A stretch of DNA of 63,180 nt, filler included, from Reticulomyxa filosa (Eukaryota > Protista > Foraminifera), in the NCBI GenBank assembly GCA_000512085.1. It is 18 parts of 18 records of this genome, joined end to end, with 100 filler letters (N's around TTAATTAATTAA, not from the genome) between each part and the next. Parts side by side here need not be neighbours in the genome. Positions count along the whole stretch, not along the records: positions 1 to 6,402 come from ASPP01004901.1; positions 6,503 to 19,735 come from ASPP01023913.1; 16 more parts are not named here. One strand, written 5' to 3'. The notes under the pieces were generated by a model. That model did no database searches and was not told where the DNA came from. It saw only the letters and a list, made by a program, of their open reading frames with translations. The position numbers were made by a program, and so were the translations under genes. Every line of letters starts with the position of its first letter. Positions within the stretch are counted from its first letter, which is position 1. Shown in pieces: positions 1-12,724 of the stretch.

Positions 1-437
1 TTTAAAAAAAAAAAATAAATCAACTCACTCTGACTTTTTTTGTCGAAAGAGAAACTTACCATTGCCCAAGACGTAATGACGCCATAACATACGACGTTCT
101 CAAACTGTGGCTTCCCAGCGATGCTTGCTTGACCACTGTTCGCTTTTCTTTTTTCGAAACTCTTTCGTGTCTTGTCTACTTCATTGTCGCTAAACAAAAA
201 GAGCAATGGAACGTTGTCGCGTTTCACTGCAGTCAACTGCTGCTCTGTAAAATGCTCGGTCTGATACAATACTTGCTTCCCTGTCTTCTTTTTCGATATA
301 CCAAGCAAATAATCCGATACATTCATTACATTCCTCCTCAGCATGTATTCATCGTCTATTTCATCACAACAAATCTCGACACTTTTTTCTTTCCACTCCT
401 CCTCCACTTTGACAATTTCACAAATAATATCTATCAT
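1..437 (-). CDS. Hypothetical protein, 5' exon running off the window edge
   Basis: Stop-free frame MIDIICEIVKVEEEWKEK...PQFENVVCYGVITSWAM followed by a GTAAG donor near position 59. Missing from the ORF track because it has no stop. Divergent from the gene at 796. Confidence 0.5.
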   Translation of the reverse strand, partial: MIDIICEIVKVEEEWKEKSVEICCDEIDDEYMLRRNVMNVSDYLLGISKKKTGKQVLYQTEHFTEQQLTAVKRDNVPLLFLFSDNEVDKTRKSFEKRKANSGQASIAGKPQFENVVCYGVITSWAMVSFSFDKKSQSELIYFFFL

Positions 438-795
438 ATATTTCACTTTTCCTGGTTACCTCTGGCTATTGTTGCCATCAAAAAAGTATTGCTATTGTTT
501 TTTTTTGAACAGAATATAATGTTGCAAATAAAAAACCGAGATATGAACTAGTATCCCGTTCCTAAAAAAAGTTGGTTGGTTTTCATTTAGTCCAAAGTTC
601 CGAGCGTATGCAATAAACTTAACTTCACAATACACTTGTTGTAATATGATAAATGACAGTTAATACTTACATAAACTTTAATTTATCCAAAAGCACCTTT
701 AAAAAAAAGTTTAACTCGCTGGACAGAGTTGTGAAGCAAAAAAAAAGAACGTTGATATTATCATAATTTTTAAAATCATCTTCCTCCCTTCTCAA

Positions 796-1607
796 ATGCA
801 AATGTCTTTAAGAAGATGTCTAACCGTTGTTCAGAAGCGCAGTTTTCGAGCACGGGCAATAATCGAGCCAGCACTTCCTCCGCCTTATCAACCAAAGACG
901 ACATTTGATTACAGTCGTATAGAACCGGTGAAGAACTGGGAAACAGCGGTAGTTGACTTGGGAGCAAACTATGAAAAGCGCAATGACTTATTCGAGCATT
1001 ACGACACTCAAGAGTACTTTATGAACGACGAAACGAACTTTCCATTGTTTTATTATGGAATGTACGGTGAGTACTGGCCGGCAAATCACGGTGCAGGTAT
1101 GTTGAAGTTTCTGAGACGTCGCACCACTCGGCCAGGAGTTTACAAACACAAACGATGGTTCGTCAATTGGTATCAGCGCAAGTTGGACGAAAAAGGGATA
1201 TTTTGGGAATTTCCGCGAGGACAAGACTATCAGGTCGGGTCCATGTTGCACTTTTTTTTTTTTTTCTTTCTCCCCCTTTCTTTTTCCTCTCTTCTTCGCA
1301 AATTGAACTTTTAAAATGTAAAAAAAAAAAAAAAAAAGATTGTGATGAAATGGTTCGTTTATGCTCTGCTTAGTGGGATTTTGGCGAAACAATTGATTAA
1401 CATTTCCAACCACAGGAAAAATCATAAACCACTTCCACCACCTGACGATTACCCACCAAGGATCAGTTCAATTTTTATTTTTATTTTTTTGCTTCTGGCC
1501 CCCTTTTTTTTTTTAAAAAAATTTGATTCGTTTGTTTGTGTTCAGACTTACCGTTCTACGTTTATATATTACATTCGATTCCTTCACCGAACTTTGAGAT
1601 TTATTGA
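796..1607 (+). CDS. Small 3-exon protein with a mitochondrial-presequence-like N-terminus and one TM segment
   Basis: R/S-rich N-terminus MSLRRCLTVVQKRSFR. Introns at ~1234-1339 and ~1465-1545 give ...GQDYQ|IVMKWFVYALLSGIL...RI|NLPFYVYILHSIPSPNFEIY*. Confidence 0.6.
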
Positions 1608-2067
1608 GAAAATGGCATAACTGGCTCATTTGTGATCACTAAAAACAGGAGGAAGTCTCCTCAACCAGTTTGTTTCCTTGCACTTGCATTTTGTGTTTTT
1701 TTTTATTTATTTATTGTGTAGTTGATTCTCCCTAATAAGGATAAACGGGTAAAGAGACGGACAAACCCTCTTTATGTCTGTTTATTCAACATTTGATTGT
1801 TGTCAAAGTTTTAACTGACCTTTATATTAATTTTAAAATGTTTTGATATTTGTATTGTTGGAATTTTTCTTGCGTGCAACCAAACGCTACAGGTCAAAAT
1901 TCACATAACAGAAACAATTGCAGATTACATCTCTGTGAAATACTGGCAAAACAATTTTTCCTCGTTCAAATCAAACACACCTAATTTAAAATTTCATCTT
2001 AGCATGTGGCGCCATTTAGGTTGAGCAGACCCCTTTTTTTGCTCTTTTTTAAAAGCACTTAAAAATT

Positions 2068-2949
2068 ATGCAACCATTTGGAAGTATGACATACTCTTTG
2101 GAGGAAAGAGTGGTGTTTTTGCCCGAAGGCAAGAATGTATGGGGATATGGAAAAGTAACAAAGGTGTTGGACGACAACATGTACATTGTATGTTTCTCCT
2201 CGTACACGGAAAACGAATTTGTTGAAGAAGAGGTAAACCTTTCAGTTGAGGAAATGATGAAACCGCCCTTGTTGAAAAAGAACGATGAAGATCTAACAAA
2301 ACCATTATTGTACACACTATTCAATGGGAGTGACGACATGCAATTAGAAAGGGTATTCGAAGCTGTAAATAAAGCATTGCTTGAGCGTTACCTGGATATA
2401 TTGCAAGCATATGATGGAGAGGAGTACTTTGAATATAATTCATGCAAAAACACAGCAAATATGATGACTCTGCAAATTTTACCTTTCATAAGTATGCCAA
2501 CATATATTTGGAAAGTGCCGTGTTTGTCTTGCCAACAAACAATGAAAGATGCGCAAGCAAAATATAGTGTATTGTTGGTGAGGTTTACTCGTCAATGGAT
2601 ATTTGAACGAATCCATTTTTATCGGCATGGACTATTGTATGATACTTTATGGTACGGTAAAATGGCTTGCGTATTATGCTCTCGGTTTGTGTGCGACAAT
2701 GAATTAGTTTTTTCTTGCAGTTTGCAACGGCATGGCCTATGCTTTGAATGCTACAATGCTGTCATCTGTTATTTTACTTCTATCAATGCTTTGTTGCATT
2801 CTTTGCTCAACCAATGGCTGAACAAAGACTGCATTAATCCCATTGTCACTTTTGTTGCGGGAGACATTAAACTTCTTAAAAACGTTCCTAATTCTCTCCC
2901 TTGGACTGAAACTTTTGCTCAAGAATCCTCTTCGACACGAGAGCATTAA
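2068..2949 (+). CDS. Hypothetical Cys-rich protein, tandem paralogue 1 (Tudor/SH3-like N-terminus, CxxC clusters)
   Basis: Intact 293-aa ORF, highly similar to the ORF at 4204. Contains CLSC and CVLC...C..RH.LCFEC. Confidence 0.75.
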   Translation: MQPFGSMTYSLEERVVFLPEGKNVWGYGKVTKVLDDNMYIVCFSSYTENEFVEEEVNLSVEEMMKPPLLKKNDEDLTKPLLYTLFNGSDDMQLERVFEAVNKALLERYLDILQAYDGEEYFEYNSCKNTANMMTLQILPFISMPTYIWKVPCLSCQQTMKDAQAKYSVLLVRFTRQWIFERIHFYRHGLLYDTLWYGKMACVLCSRFVCDNELVFSCSLQRHGLCFECYNAVICYFTSINALLHSLLNQWLNKDCINPIVTFVAGDIKLLKNVPNSLPWTETFAQESSSTREH

Positions 2950-4203
2950 GAAAGAGCAAACAATTATTGAGGCTAAAAAAAAAATAAAAATAAAAATAAA
3001 AATAAAGCATGGATCATCCTCTTTTTGAGACTTTTTTTAAGACGACTGCGTTTTTGTTCCCCTTCAATTATCCGTTTGTGTTCTTCAGTTCGCAAGATTT
3101 CATCAATTCATATACAATTCACACTTGTGAGAAGGAATTTGTGTCTGTGGATGAAAAACCAAGGAAAGAATAAACTTATTAGAATTTGATGATTATCTTA
3201 AGAAGCAGAATGAAAGAAAATACGAGAATTAAAGCTTCTCTTTTTTTAAGGAAGAGTGTAACAACCTATATCAACTTATTGATTAAATCGCAATAATATA
3301 ACTATGCTGGATGGTTCTATGGAGGTGTTGGACTTAAGCATATTCAAAACAGAAAAATTTGAGTTGAAAGTAGAAAACACGTTAACACTCTTTCTAAAGT
3401 TTAAATAAGTCTCATTTACTGTATTTTAAATTTCAATTCTTACTTTTATCTAAATCTACCTTTTGTTGGTCATTTAAAATACATCTGATTTTAAAATATA
3501 AAGAGCTATTATTGTATGATCGATCACTGCCAACACAAATAATAAATAAGAAAAAATATTGACAAGTGGATCAGTGTCTTTTTAAATAGACGAGCGTTTT
3601 TGCTTGGTTTCCCAGGTGTTTGTAGAGAGATGCAAGAAAGAGAGCTCAGCTAAATTAAACGTATAAGAAAATTGAGAATAAAAAGATTGAGAGTTTGATG
3701 AGTTGAGTTATTACAACTCTGGAGTCAGTTATGACTCATGTATCACTACATGTTGTGTTGTAGTTAAATCTAAAATCAACAATTAAAAAAGTAGAAGTAT
3801 CAAGATTCTGCATTTCCTTGCAATTGCAACGCATTAATAATATGTTCACTCCAAATTTTTTAAAAGAACTCAGCGTCTCTTTTCGGCTTTAAGGTGGGCT
3901 GCCCAGTATTTCGTTTGCATGACATATAAATAAATACGTTTAAACGTAAAATAAAGTAATAAAACCTACGATAACGTTTCAAAACGATTGAAATAGCGTT
4001 TATCAATAATTCATTTTTAATCGATCAAATTTATCAAAATTATGTCACACGAGCAAAAATTTTGGAAATAAGATCTTACAAGAGCACAAAATATTATTTT
4101 CAGGACATAAAGAGAGCCCAATATCCACGTTTCGCTGATCTTATATGAAATGACAATAGAAAGATCCCTTTTTTAATTCTCCCTCAAAAAAAACTTGGAA
4201 ATT

Positions 4204-5058
4204 ATGCAACCATTCGAAAATGTGACATATGCTTTGAGTGAAAGAGTGGTATTTTTGCGCAAAGGAAAGAGTATATATGAATATGGATATGTAACAAAGG
4301 TGCTGGACGACAACATGTACAGTGTAAGTTTCTCCTCGTATTCGGCAGACAAATTTGTTGAAGAAGCAGATCTTTCAGTTGAAGAAATGATGAAACTGCC
4401 CTCATTAAAAAAAAACGATGAGGATCCAACAAAACCATTGTTGCACATACTATTCAGTGGGAGTGACGAGACACATTTAGAGGAAATATTTGAAGCAATA
4501 AATAGTGCACTGCACAATAATTATCTGGATATATTGCAAGAATATGATGGAGAGGAGTACTTTGAATATAATTTGTGCAAAAACACAGCAAATATGGTGA
4601 CTATGCAAATTTTACCTTTCATAAGTATGCCAACATATATTTGGAAAGTGCCGTGTTTGTCTTGCCAACAAACAATGAAAGATGCGCAAGCAAAATATAG
4701 TGTATTGTTGGTGAGGTTTACTCGTCAATGGATATTTGAACGAATCCATTTTTATCGGCATGGGTTATTGTATGACACTACATGGTACGGTAAAATGGCT
4801 TGTGCGTTATGCTTTCGGTTTGTATGCAACAATGAATTGGTCTTTTCTTGCAGTTTGAAACGACATGGCTTGTGTTTTGAATGCTACCATGGCATTGTCG
4901 AGTATTTTACTTCTATCAATGCTTTGTTGCATTCTTTGCTCAACCAATGGCTGAACAAAGACTGCATTAATCCCATTGTCACTTTTGTTGCGGGAGACAT
5001 TAAACTTCTTAAAAATATTCCTAATTCTCTCCCTTGGACTGAAACTTTTGCTTCATGA
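4204..5058 (+). CDS. Hypothetical Cys-rich protein, tandem paralogue 2
   Basis: Intact ORF collinear with 2068-2949. Similarity continues ~130 bp into the 3' flank. Confidence 0.75.
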   Translation: MQPFENVTYALSERVVFLRKGKSIYEYGYVTKVLDDNMYSVSFSSYSADKFVEEADLSVEEMMKLPSLKKNDEDPTKPLLHILFSGSDETHLEEIFEAINSALHNNYLDILQEYDGEEYFEYNLCKNTANMVTMQILPFISMPTYIWKVPCLSCQQTMKDAQAKYSVLLVRFTRQWIFERIHFYRHGLLYDTTWYGKMACALCFRFVCNNELVFSCSLKRHGLCFECYHGIVEYFTSINALLHSLLNQWLNKDCINPIVTFVAGDIKLLKNIPNSLPWTETFAS

Positions 5059-6402
5059 ACCCTCTTCAACACGACGACATTAACAGAAATCAAACAATTA
5101 TTAAGGACACAAAAAAAATTAAAACGAAGCATGAATTATCCTCCCTTTCTGAGATTTTTTTTAAGATGACTGCGTTTTTGTCCCCCTTTTAATTGTTTGA
5201 TATCACCCTTCAGCATTTCACACAATTTGTTTTTAAGTTTTATTTGATATTCAACAATTTTGGTAATAAATTCCAAGATAATAAAATTGAATATGACGGT
5301 CGTTATTTTGATAAAGATTCTATCCAATACGTTGATGTTCAAAATGGTCTAATTCTTTAAAGGTTCACAAAGATATACAATGCGGTCATTGGTAGGATTT
5401 TAAGAAGACGGTTGTGAATCATGTATTAAAGAATATCTGTTGTTTTCATAGTATTTCTATTAAATTATTGTCTTTTCGACCTATTCACTCAGTATGCTCA
5501 ATCTTTTCAGACCTGTATAGTCTTGACTGAAAGCAATCGCAATACTTCCTCCAAGTTGTTGTTTGTTTCTATTGCAATTTTTACAAGTCAAAAGTAGAGT
5601 TTTTAAAAAGTTTTTACTCCGATTTTAGTCTATAATTTTGAGAAATACTCCAATTTTTTTGGAGTAGGAATATTAAAAATTTAGGGTTCATAAAATTCTG
5701 CATTAGCAAAGACAAGATCCAATTTTTGATAAATGATTACGCAAAATCGGTTCAAAATACGACATAGAGTTTTAATAATTTATTAGACACTCTCTTCGTT
5801 TTTTATATTGGTTAAATTGTCGTCTTAATTGAAAACATTTGTTCTATCATTGAATACATGTATACGTAGTATCTCGATGATGTTTGAAAATCTTTGTGAT
5901 TTGATCAAATTGTCTTAGCTCAATATTTTCAATAGCATTTAATGATAACCCAATATAATTATCGCACTCATGCTTTTTCCATTTGTTTACTCGATTATTA
6001 TAATTATAATTGAATTAAATTGTCAATTATTCCAAAGCCATTCTATCCACATAAGGATATGAGGTCACTTCCACTTTTACAATGAATTTCTCTAAACAAA
6101 ACAGACTATTTTTTCACCTTTTTATCACAATTAACAGTTAAGAAATATTATATCTAAAAATATTCAAAATTATAATTCGATTTTTTGTTTTCAATTTTAT
6201 GGTTTGATTATCTATAGTATATTGCAAAAAAAGCTGCCATACCTAAATAGCACTATATGAAGAGAATCGATTTTCTCCATGAAAAATAAAGATTTAAACC
6301 TAATTTTTTAAAAAATATCTACTAATCTTGTAGTTTTAAAATATTAAATTGGTTTTATGATAAGTTTTTTCTAGGTTGATCAAAAATATGATTTTTTGAA
6401 AT

Positions 6403-6502
6403 NNNNNNNNNNNNNNNNNNNNNNNNNNNNNNNNNNNNNNNNNNNNTTAATTAATTAANNNNNNNNNNNNNNNNNNNNNNNNNNNNNNNNNNNNNNNNNN
6501 NN
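6403..6502. other. Artificial contig-joining spacer (first of 17)
   Basis: N44-TTAATTAATTAA-N44 with stops in all six frames. It recurs at about 19736, 24276, 31475, 32656, 35464, 37074, 38587, 39717, 42829, 45745, 46867, 48438, 51836, 57703, 59818 and 62008. Adjacency across a spacer is not biological. Confidence 0.98.
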
Positions 6503-6557
6503 TTTTTTTTTTTTTTTGTATCTTGCGTGAGTTATAAAACACAACTCTTCCAAATAG

Positions 6558-7442
6558 ATGAAGTATTTCAAGCCATTGAAAACATTGCATGTAAATTCGC
6601 GCGTAAAAAGTGTAAATTTTTCTCCAGATGGTAGCAAGATTGTATCGGCATCCAATGATGGGATCATTCGAGTATGGGATATAAAATTGGGAAAAGCGAT
6701 TCGAACGCTGAAAGGACATTTCGATTTTGTAACTGATGCAAAATTTTCACCAGATGGTACTATGATTGTATCTTGTTCAAAAGATAAAACAATTCGATTA
6801 TGGAATGGCAACTCAGAAACAGAATTTAAAAAATTTGAAGGACATTCAGACTGTGTTACATGCGTTCAATTTGCACATAATGGTCGGACTATTTTATCTA
6901 GCTCGATGGACAAAACAATCCGTCTATGGGATATGAATTCTGGAGAACAGATCCAAAAATTTGGAGAAAAAGCCTATGAAATAAATGATTTACATTTTTC
7001 ACCGAATGATCAAATGTTTGTATCTGCAAGTGATAACAGCATTGTTACATGGGATCTGAAATCAGCTGAACGAGTGATGACATTGAAAATCCATTATAAA
7101 ACTGTCTGCAAATCTCGATTTTCCCAAGATGGTCGTTTTATTCTAACTTGCTCAAGTGATAAAATAATTCGAATATGGGATGCAACAACAGGCAAACAAA
7201 TCCAATGGTTTAAAGGGCATCTAGACACTGTCACTGGTGTCCAGTATTCCCCAAATGGTCAAACCATTTTATCCTGCTCAGACGATAAAACAATTCGTCT
7301 CTGGGATGTGCAATTTGGAATGGAAATACAAAAGCTCCAAGGACATACCAACTTTGTAACAGGGGTAGATATATCACCTGATGGCAACACAATTGCTTCT
7401 TCTTCCTATGATGAAACAATCCGACTATGGGGACGATTGTGA
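6558..7442 (+). CDS. WD40-repeat protein (7-bladed propeller), probably lacking upstream exons
   Basis: Repeated GH...V..V.FSPDG..I.S.S.D.TIR.WD units. An AG acceptor precedes the ATG. Confidence 0.95.
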   Translation: MKYFKPLKTLHVNSRVKSVNFSPDGSKIVSASNDGIIRVWDIKLGKAIRTLKGHFDFVTDAKFSPDGTMIVSCSKDKTIRLWNGNSETEFKKFEGHSDCVTCVQFAHNGRTILSSSMDKTIRLWDMNSGEQIQKFGEKAYEINDLHFSPNDQMFVSASDNSIVTWDLKSAERVMTLKIHYKTVCKSRFSQDGRFILTCSSDKIIRIWDATTGKQIQWFKGHLDTVTGVQYSPNGQTILSCSDDKTIRLWDVQFGMEIQKLQGHTNFVTGVDISPDGNTIASSSYDETIRLWGRL

Positions 7443-8230
7443 TGTACATTTCAAAAAAAGTAAATAATACTTATAACCGACATTTCAGTAATTAAACTTT
7501 TCAAACTGTAAACGCTTTATTTTTTAACATTTTACATTTTCGTTGTCACTAATTTTTATACATTATCATAAGGCAATAACTTACTACAAATTTTGCGTAC
7601 ATTCAAGATTTCTAAAAAAAGAGATATCCAAACGCTAACTTGAGTGCACTTAGTTTGACAAAATAACTACTTGAATCAATAGGTAATACACATAATCTCT
7701 CTTTTCCTCTTTTGTTTTGAAATAGCAAGTTGCTTCATTAGATAACAGTAATTCAGCCAGTGATTAACTTAAACTTTTTTTTCTCACGAACGTTGGTTTG
7801 CACAGTTTTTGGAACGTGTAAACTTGAATTTATAGGTTTACCTTGCGTTTGTGTTCGCGCTTTCTTCAAAGCAGAAATAGCAGTTACCGCAAGCACAGTA
7901 AGAAAACTTGATTGTTTTTTAGTCACACAGTTATAAGATGCCATGAGCTATCAATTAAATACTTTGCTTCAATCAAAAATGAAGCTAAGGTCCGTGGCCA
8001 GTGGCAACATAGCCTCTGGGCCTTTTTTAAATTAATTTTTTTCCGTGGTTAACGAAAATAAAATGGCATGTTCGAATATTTGTTGTAAAAAAATAAAGGG
8101 CTCAAGTCAATACAAAAAATTTACACGTGTAAGAACAAAATTTTGTACTAAAATAACAAGCAGTATTTGAGATTCTAACCAAAAAAAAGGGGTCCTAGAG
8201 AGTAAAATTCGAAAACATAAAAGAGCAGGC

Positions 8231-9297
8231 ATGAAAGATCTCTCCGAGTTACAAAAGGAAACCCTCAGCATACTGATGACATTAGGGTCTTTATTTTCTT
8301 TGTTGGGTTCAGGATTCATCGTTTCAATATGTTGGAAAACCAAACCACTAAGAAAGATTACAGCATTTCGAATACTTTGGTTTGCATCAATATCTGACTT
8401 GATACGATCATTTGGTAACGCGCTTGGCGACTACAACTCTGGAGAATTTTTCTGCAAGGCGCAAGGCAAAAGACAACAACAAAGCAATTTTTTTTTTCTG
8501 CACATCACTCTGATCGATTTGTGAATAGAATTATAAAACCAAATTTTTTTTTTTTTTTATGAACAGCAACACTAAGTGTATTCGGTGGAACAGCATCTTT
8601 TTTTTGGATCGGGCTATTGTCTTATTCTATTATCATAGTCAACCTGAAAAGTAAATTCCTCTTTGAACGTATCATTTCTCAAGCTAGATTTGTTATTTTT
8701 CCGTTTTCGGCGTTGTTAGCAACTCTTCCACTCATTTCAAATTCCTATGGCAATATTGGTTATAAGTATATATATATATATGTATACGTATAACTCCATT
8801 CTTTTTATAAAATATGAAGTGTACGTATACGTACAGGTGGATGGTGTTTTTTTGCGTTGAATGAAGAATCTGAGTGGTGGGCAATGGGGTGCTTTTATCT
8901 CTGGTTATTTTTAATCTTTTGTATTGCACTCTTTGCGTCCGTAATTGTTTATTGGCACACCTCTCCGAAGAACGAAATCACACTTTCCCTGCGCAAACAA
9001 GAAAATATAAATGAAGAGAAAGAGAATGAAGAGAAAGAAAATGAAGATGGAGATGAAGAAACAGAAACCGAGGATCCTGAACATGAAAAAAAAATGACGG
9101 CAGCCCGAATGACTGTCTTTTTTCCAGTTGTTTTGATTTGCTGTTGGTTCTTTCCACTTGTTCGTCGCATCCTTATTTTCTTTGGTGATAATGTCCCTTT
9201 TCCTATTTTATGCTTGCGTGTTATCACGTCTTCTGTTTATGGATTTTGCAATAGTGTTGTCTTTGTTCTCGCAGCGTGGCATTATATTAATTCTTAA
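8231..9297 (+). CDS. 7TM GPCR, cAMP-receptor-like (Dicty_CAR/GCR1 type), 3 exons
   Basis: Motifs SLLGSGFIV, FRILWFASISDL, CKAQ|ATLSVFGGTASFFW, LPLISNSYGNI|GGWCF, FPVVLICCW and GFCNSVVF. Introns 8466-8566 (GC-AG) and 8759-8836. Confidence 0.85.
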
Positions 9298-9576
9298 ATT
9301 TTTTCCCCCTTCCTTTTCTGTCTCTCCTCAAGTTTCATGTTGTGTTAAGTGTCACAATTTGAAAACATGTCCTATGTAGAACAACAGAGACACTTTCTGT
9401 ATTTGTATTTTTAAGAAATAAACACTAAACTCCGCCTAGTAGTGTCTCGAAGTTGTATTATTTTTTTAAAAAAAAACTTGTGAAAAAAGTTCAGCCGACA
9501 TTCCGTTTTTCCCCTTTTTAATGTCATAACGATATAGATAATAAAATATCTCGTCTAACCGACTATATATTCAAAA

Positions 9577-11052
9577 ATGGAAAAGAAGGAAGTAGAAATG
9601 AGTTCAGTATTGGAGAATAGTGAAAAGCCAAAGACCCTCTCTCCAACAGACTTTACAACAGAAAAAATGTTTCAAGACTACTTAAACAGAACGAAGCCAA
9701 AATCGGAGGAATACGTTGAAGGGTTATACGAATATGCAAATTGGTTATGGCAAAACAAACGATACAAGACGAGCGAGTGTTACTGTCGAGAGGTAATAGC
9801 AATGGACCCTACCCATTACAAAACCCACAACCGTTTGGCAACCAATCTGAAATCGATGGGAGATCACGAGCAAGCAGAGAAGCATTATCTGTTGGCAATC
9901 GCTTGCAGTCACGGTCAATTCGCAATTGCGCAGTTTTTTTATTACACTTAAAAAAAAATAAAAAAAGAGGGGGGGAGGGACGAGAGGAGGAAAAAAAAAG
10001 GGGGAGCAGTGGTATTTTTGTTTTAAAAAAAAAAATGAATAAATAATTTTTTTTTTTTTCCAAACCAATCAAAAAAAAAAAAAAGTAATAATTTGGGAAA
10101 CTTGTATTCAATGAACCAAAAAAAGATTGAGCAAGCAAAAGAGTGTTATGAGCAGGCACTAAAATTAGACCCGAATTATGCTGGAGCACACGTGTGTGTA
10201 TATGCGTGTGTGTGTGTATTGGAAACCCCTGCGAATAAAGCAAAGCAAAATAAACTTTATTCTAATAGGTGAATTACGGGGTATTGTTGCGCGAAATGGA
10301 ACATTTTGAAGACGCGAAGGTTCACTACGAACGGGCGTTAGAGATCAATCCAAATGACGCATGGGTGAGTCCTTTTTTTTTGTTTTTGTTTTAATTTAAA
10401 AAAAAAAAAAATTAACCCCCTTTTTTTTTTTGTTTTGTTATTTTTGTAGGTTCGATTGTTGTGTGTTTGTATTGGAGACTTGTTTTGTTTTGTGTTGATA
10501 AAAAAAAAAATTTTAAAAATGGGACGATGATGAGACGCAAAGGTTCATTTTAACATGGCAAATTTGCTAGATGAAATGGGGAAGAGTGACTTGGCGATTG
10601 TCCATTATGAGAAGTCATTGTCGTTGAACCCTACGTATGCGGCAGGCTTTCATAACTATGCGGTGACGGCACATCGCAACGGCAACTTGAAACTGGCCAG
10701 GAAGTGCTACATCAAGTCCTTGGAGTTTGACAATAGCAGCAGTCTGACACATCGCAATTATGGCTTGCTACTCTTGAAGTTTGACCAAATCTCCGAAGTT
10801 TTTTATCACTTCAATTTCGCCATTGATGTCGCTCAACAATTTGAAAAAGATCTCGAAATGGTCGATTCTTTGCAAAAATTGAAAGTCCAATTGTGTCAAG
10901 CCAATTCAGTTTTGATTTTCTTTTATCTTTTTTTTTTTTGTTTGTCTTTGCTCTGTAATATGACGCTTTTGTATGCTGTATTGTTTCTTTTTTATATCTT
11001 TCTTTAGGACATTTATACTGACGTCGTCGAAGAAAAAGATATTCTTTCATAA
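9577..11052 (+). CDS. TPR-repeat protein, ~5 exons
   Basis: Spliced TPR units, e.g. HNNLGNLY...AKECYEQALKLDPNYAGAH|VNYGVLL...YERALEINPNDAW|VHFNMANLL...YEKSLSLNP. Confidence 0.9.
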
Positions 11053-11729
11053 AATCAATTCTTATTTTTTTTATGAGAGCGAGTAAAATAATAATTGTCT
11101 TGTTTTGGCTTTACTTTGGGTTTTTTTTGGCAAACACAAGGGGACGGATGAGTACCCAATAACATCACTTGTAAACTCTCCAGGGATGTTCAAGTTGCCC
11201 ACAAAATAAATGTTTTTCAAATTCTCAATTTTTATGAAACTTGTCGATTCTAAAAAAAACCATTCTCTCACGTTTTGCCCACTTTGAGTTCTGATCTCGA
11301 ACACTTTCCCTATTTCAGGAAAAAAACTTTGTGCCTTCCGGTTTTGCTTTTGAGAGGTAAAAAAAGAAATAGACGTCTTGTTCTAGAAAAATTGATGAAA
11401 CCAAAAAAAAAAATCCAATCAGTATGAGATAAGGATGAACTGTTATTCCAATTTGAGAAACTGCTTTTCACTTTATTTTGTTTCTTTTTTGGGAGCATTG
11501 AGTTAAAATATAGTATCAAAACGAAATGTGTTGTTATTAGAACAATTAAGAAAAAGATGAGAAGGACAAATAAATGAATTTAAGACAAGTATTTGGATGA
11601 TAGGCAAATTTTATTAGCATTAGCATTATTATTATTTATAAGTTTGGAGATAGGGAGGGGGGGAGGAAGAGGAAGAGGAGGAAGGAGATGGAGTAGAGGG
11701 TAAGACAAAGTCTCTCTGCATAGAATTCT

Positions 11730-12357
11730 ACGTATATGTTAACAGCAAAACAATAATGGCCAACAAGACGGAGAGTAAGACAATCCACCGGCAAGTGCTG
11801 ATGCCAGTTCCTCGCAGTAACTCGTCCATTTGTTTGCTAAATACATCAATGCGATTTTTGGTTTGGTCCAATTCTTCGTTACACTCATCAATTAACCTAT
11901 ATGTTCATTGTGATAGATATCTCCATCGCATATGTACATATACATATATATGGATATATATATGCATATAGGATACCTATGCATAGTTTCGAAAAAAAAA
12001 TAAATAAATAAATAAAATAAAAATAATAATAAAGACAAAACTCGTTTTGCTCCTCCATTTCTTGTTGTATAGTGTGGCTCATGACTCCTAAGCGTTGCAA
12101 TGCCTTTTCCATTTCGGTGAGGATTTGGTCTTGTTCCCCGTGTTGAATATGTATTTGCTGTTGCCAGCTTGGTCTATTGGCCACAGTAATCTGCGTGGCA
12201 TTGGAAGTGGAAGTCGAATTGAGTTGCGATGGCAGCAAGTTGCTCGCACTTTGCGAACGATTGGGTGCCTGGCTATTGTTTTTTGAAGTTGGGATTAGTT
12301 GACTATGCGTTTTTGCTTTTGTCAAAAGTGCATTATTATTATTATTATTATCACTAC

Positions 12358-12405
<48 letters not shown>

Positions 12406-12724
12406 TATTGTTATTTGGCATTGTATTGATAGAATTGATATTTCTTTGAACGGGACTCATATCCAAACTTGTTCTATTTGCGCTTCCCCCCATATGCAGC
12501 TTTCGCTTACCAGGATTGAAGTCATTCAATTGTGACAATTCATTGAGTTCCAAAGATGAAGATTCTTCACTCGATATTGACCCGTGCGTTTTTTCTTTTT
12601 CTTTTCCATTTGCATTGGCTTTGAGAATCGGCTTTGAATCGTCCGATATACTCTCGTCCGATGAATCAAAACGCATCTTCTTTTTATTACGCTCTGTTGT
12701 TGTTGCCGCACTACTTTTGTCCAT
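11730..12724 (-). CDS. Qc-SNARE (syntaxin-6/8-like) with Asn-rich N-terminus
   Basis: EQDQILTEMEKALQRLGVMSHTIQQEMEEQN|LIDECNEELDQTKNRI followed by a C-terminal TM segment (WIVLLSVLLAIIVFAV). Intron ~11898-12041. Ends approximate. Confidence 0.8.
12333..12414 (-). repeat. (AAT)n microsatellite encoding poly-Asn
   Basis: Visible tandem ATT/AAT run inside the SNARE exon. Confidence 0.9.

Noticed and set aside
129-551. 140-aa + strand ORF
   Set aside because: Antisense shadow of the more protein-like minus-strand exon at 1-437.
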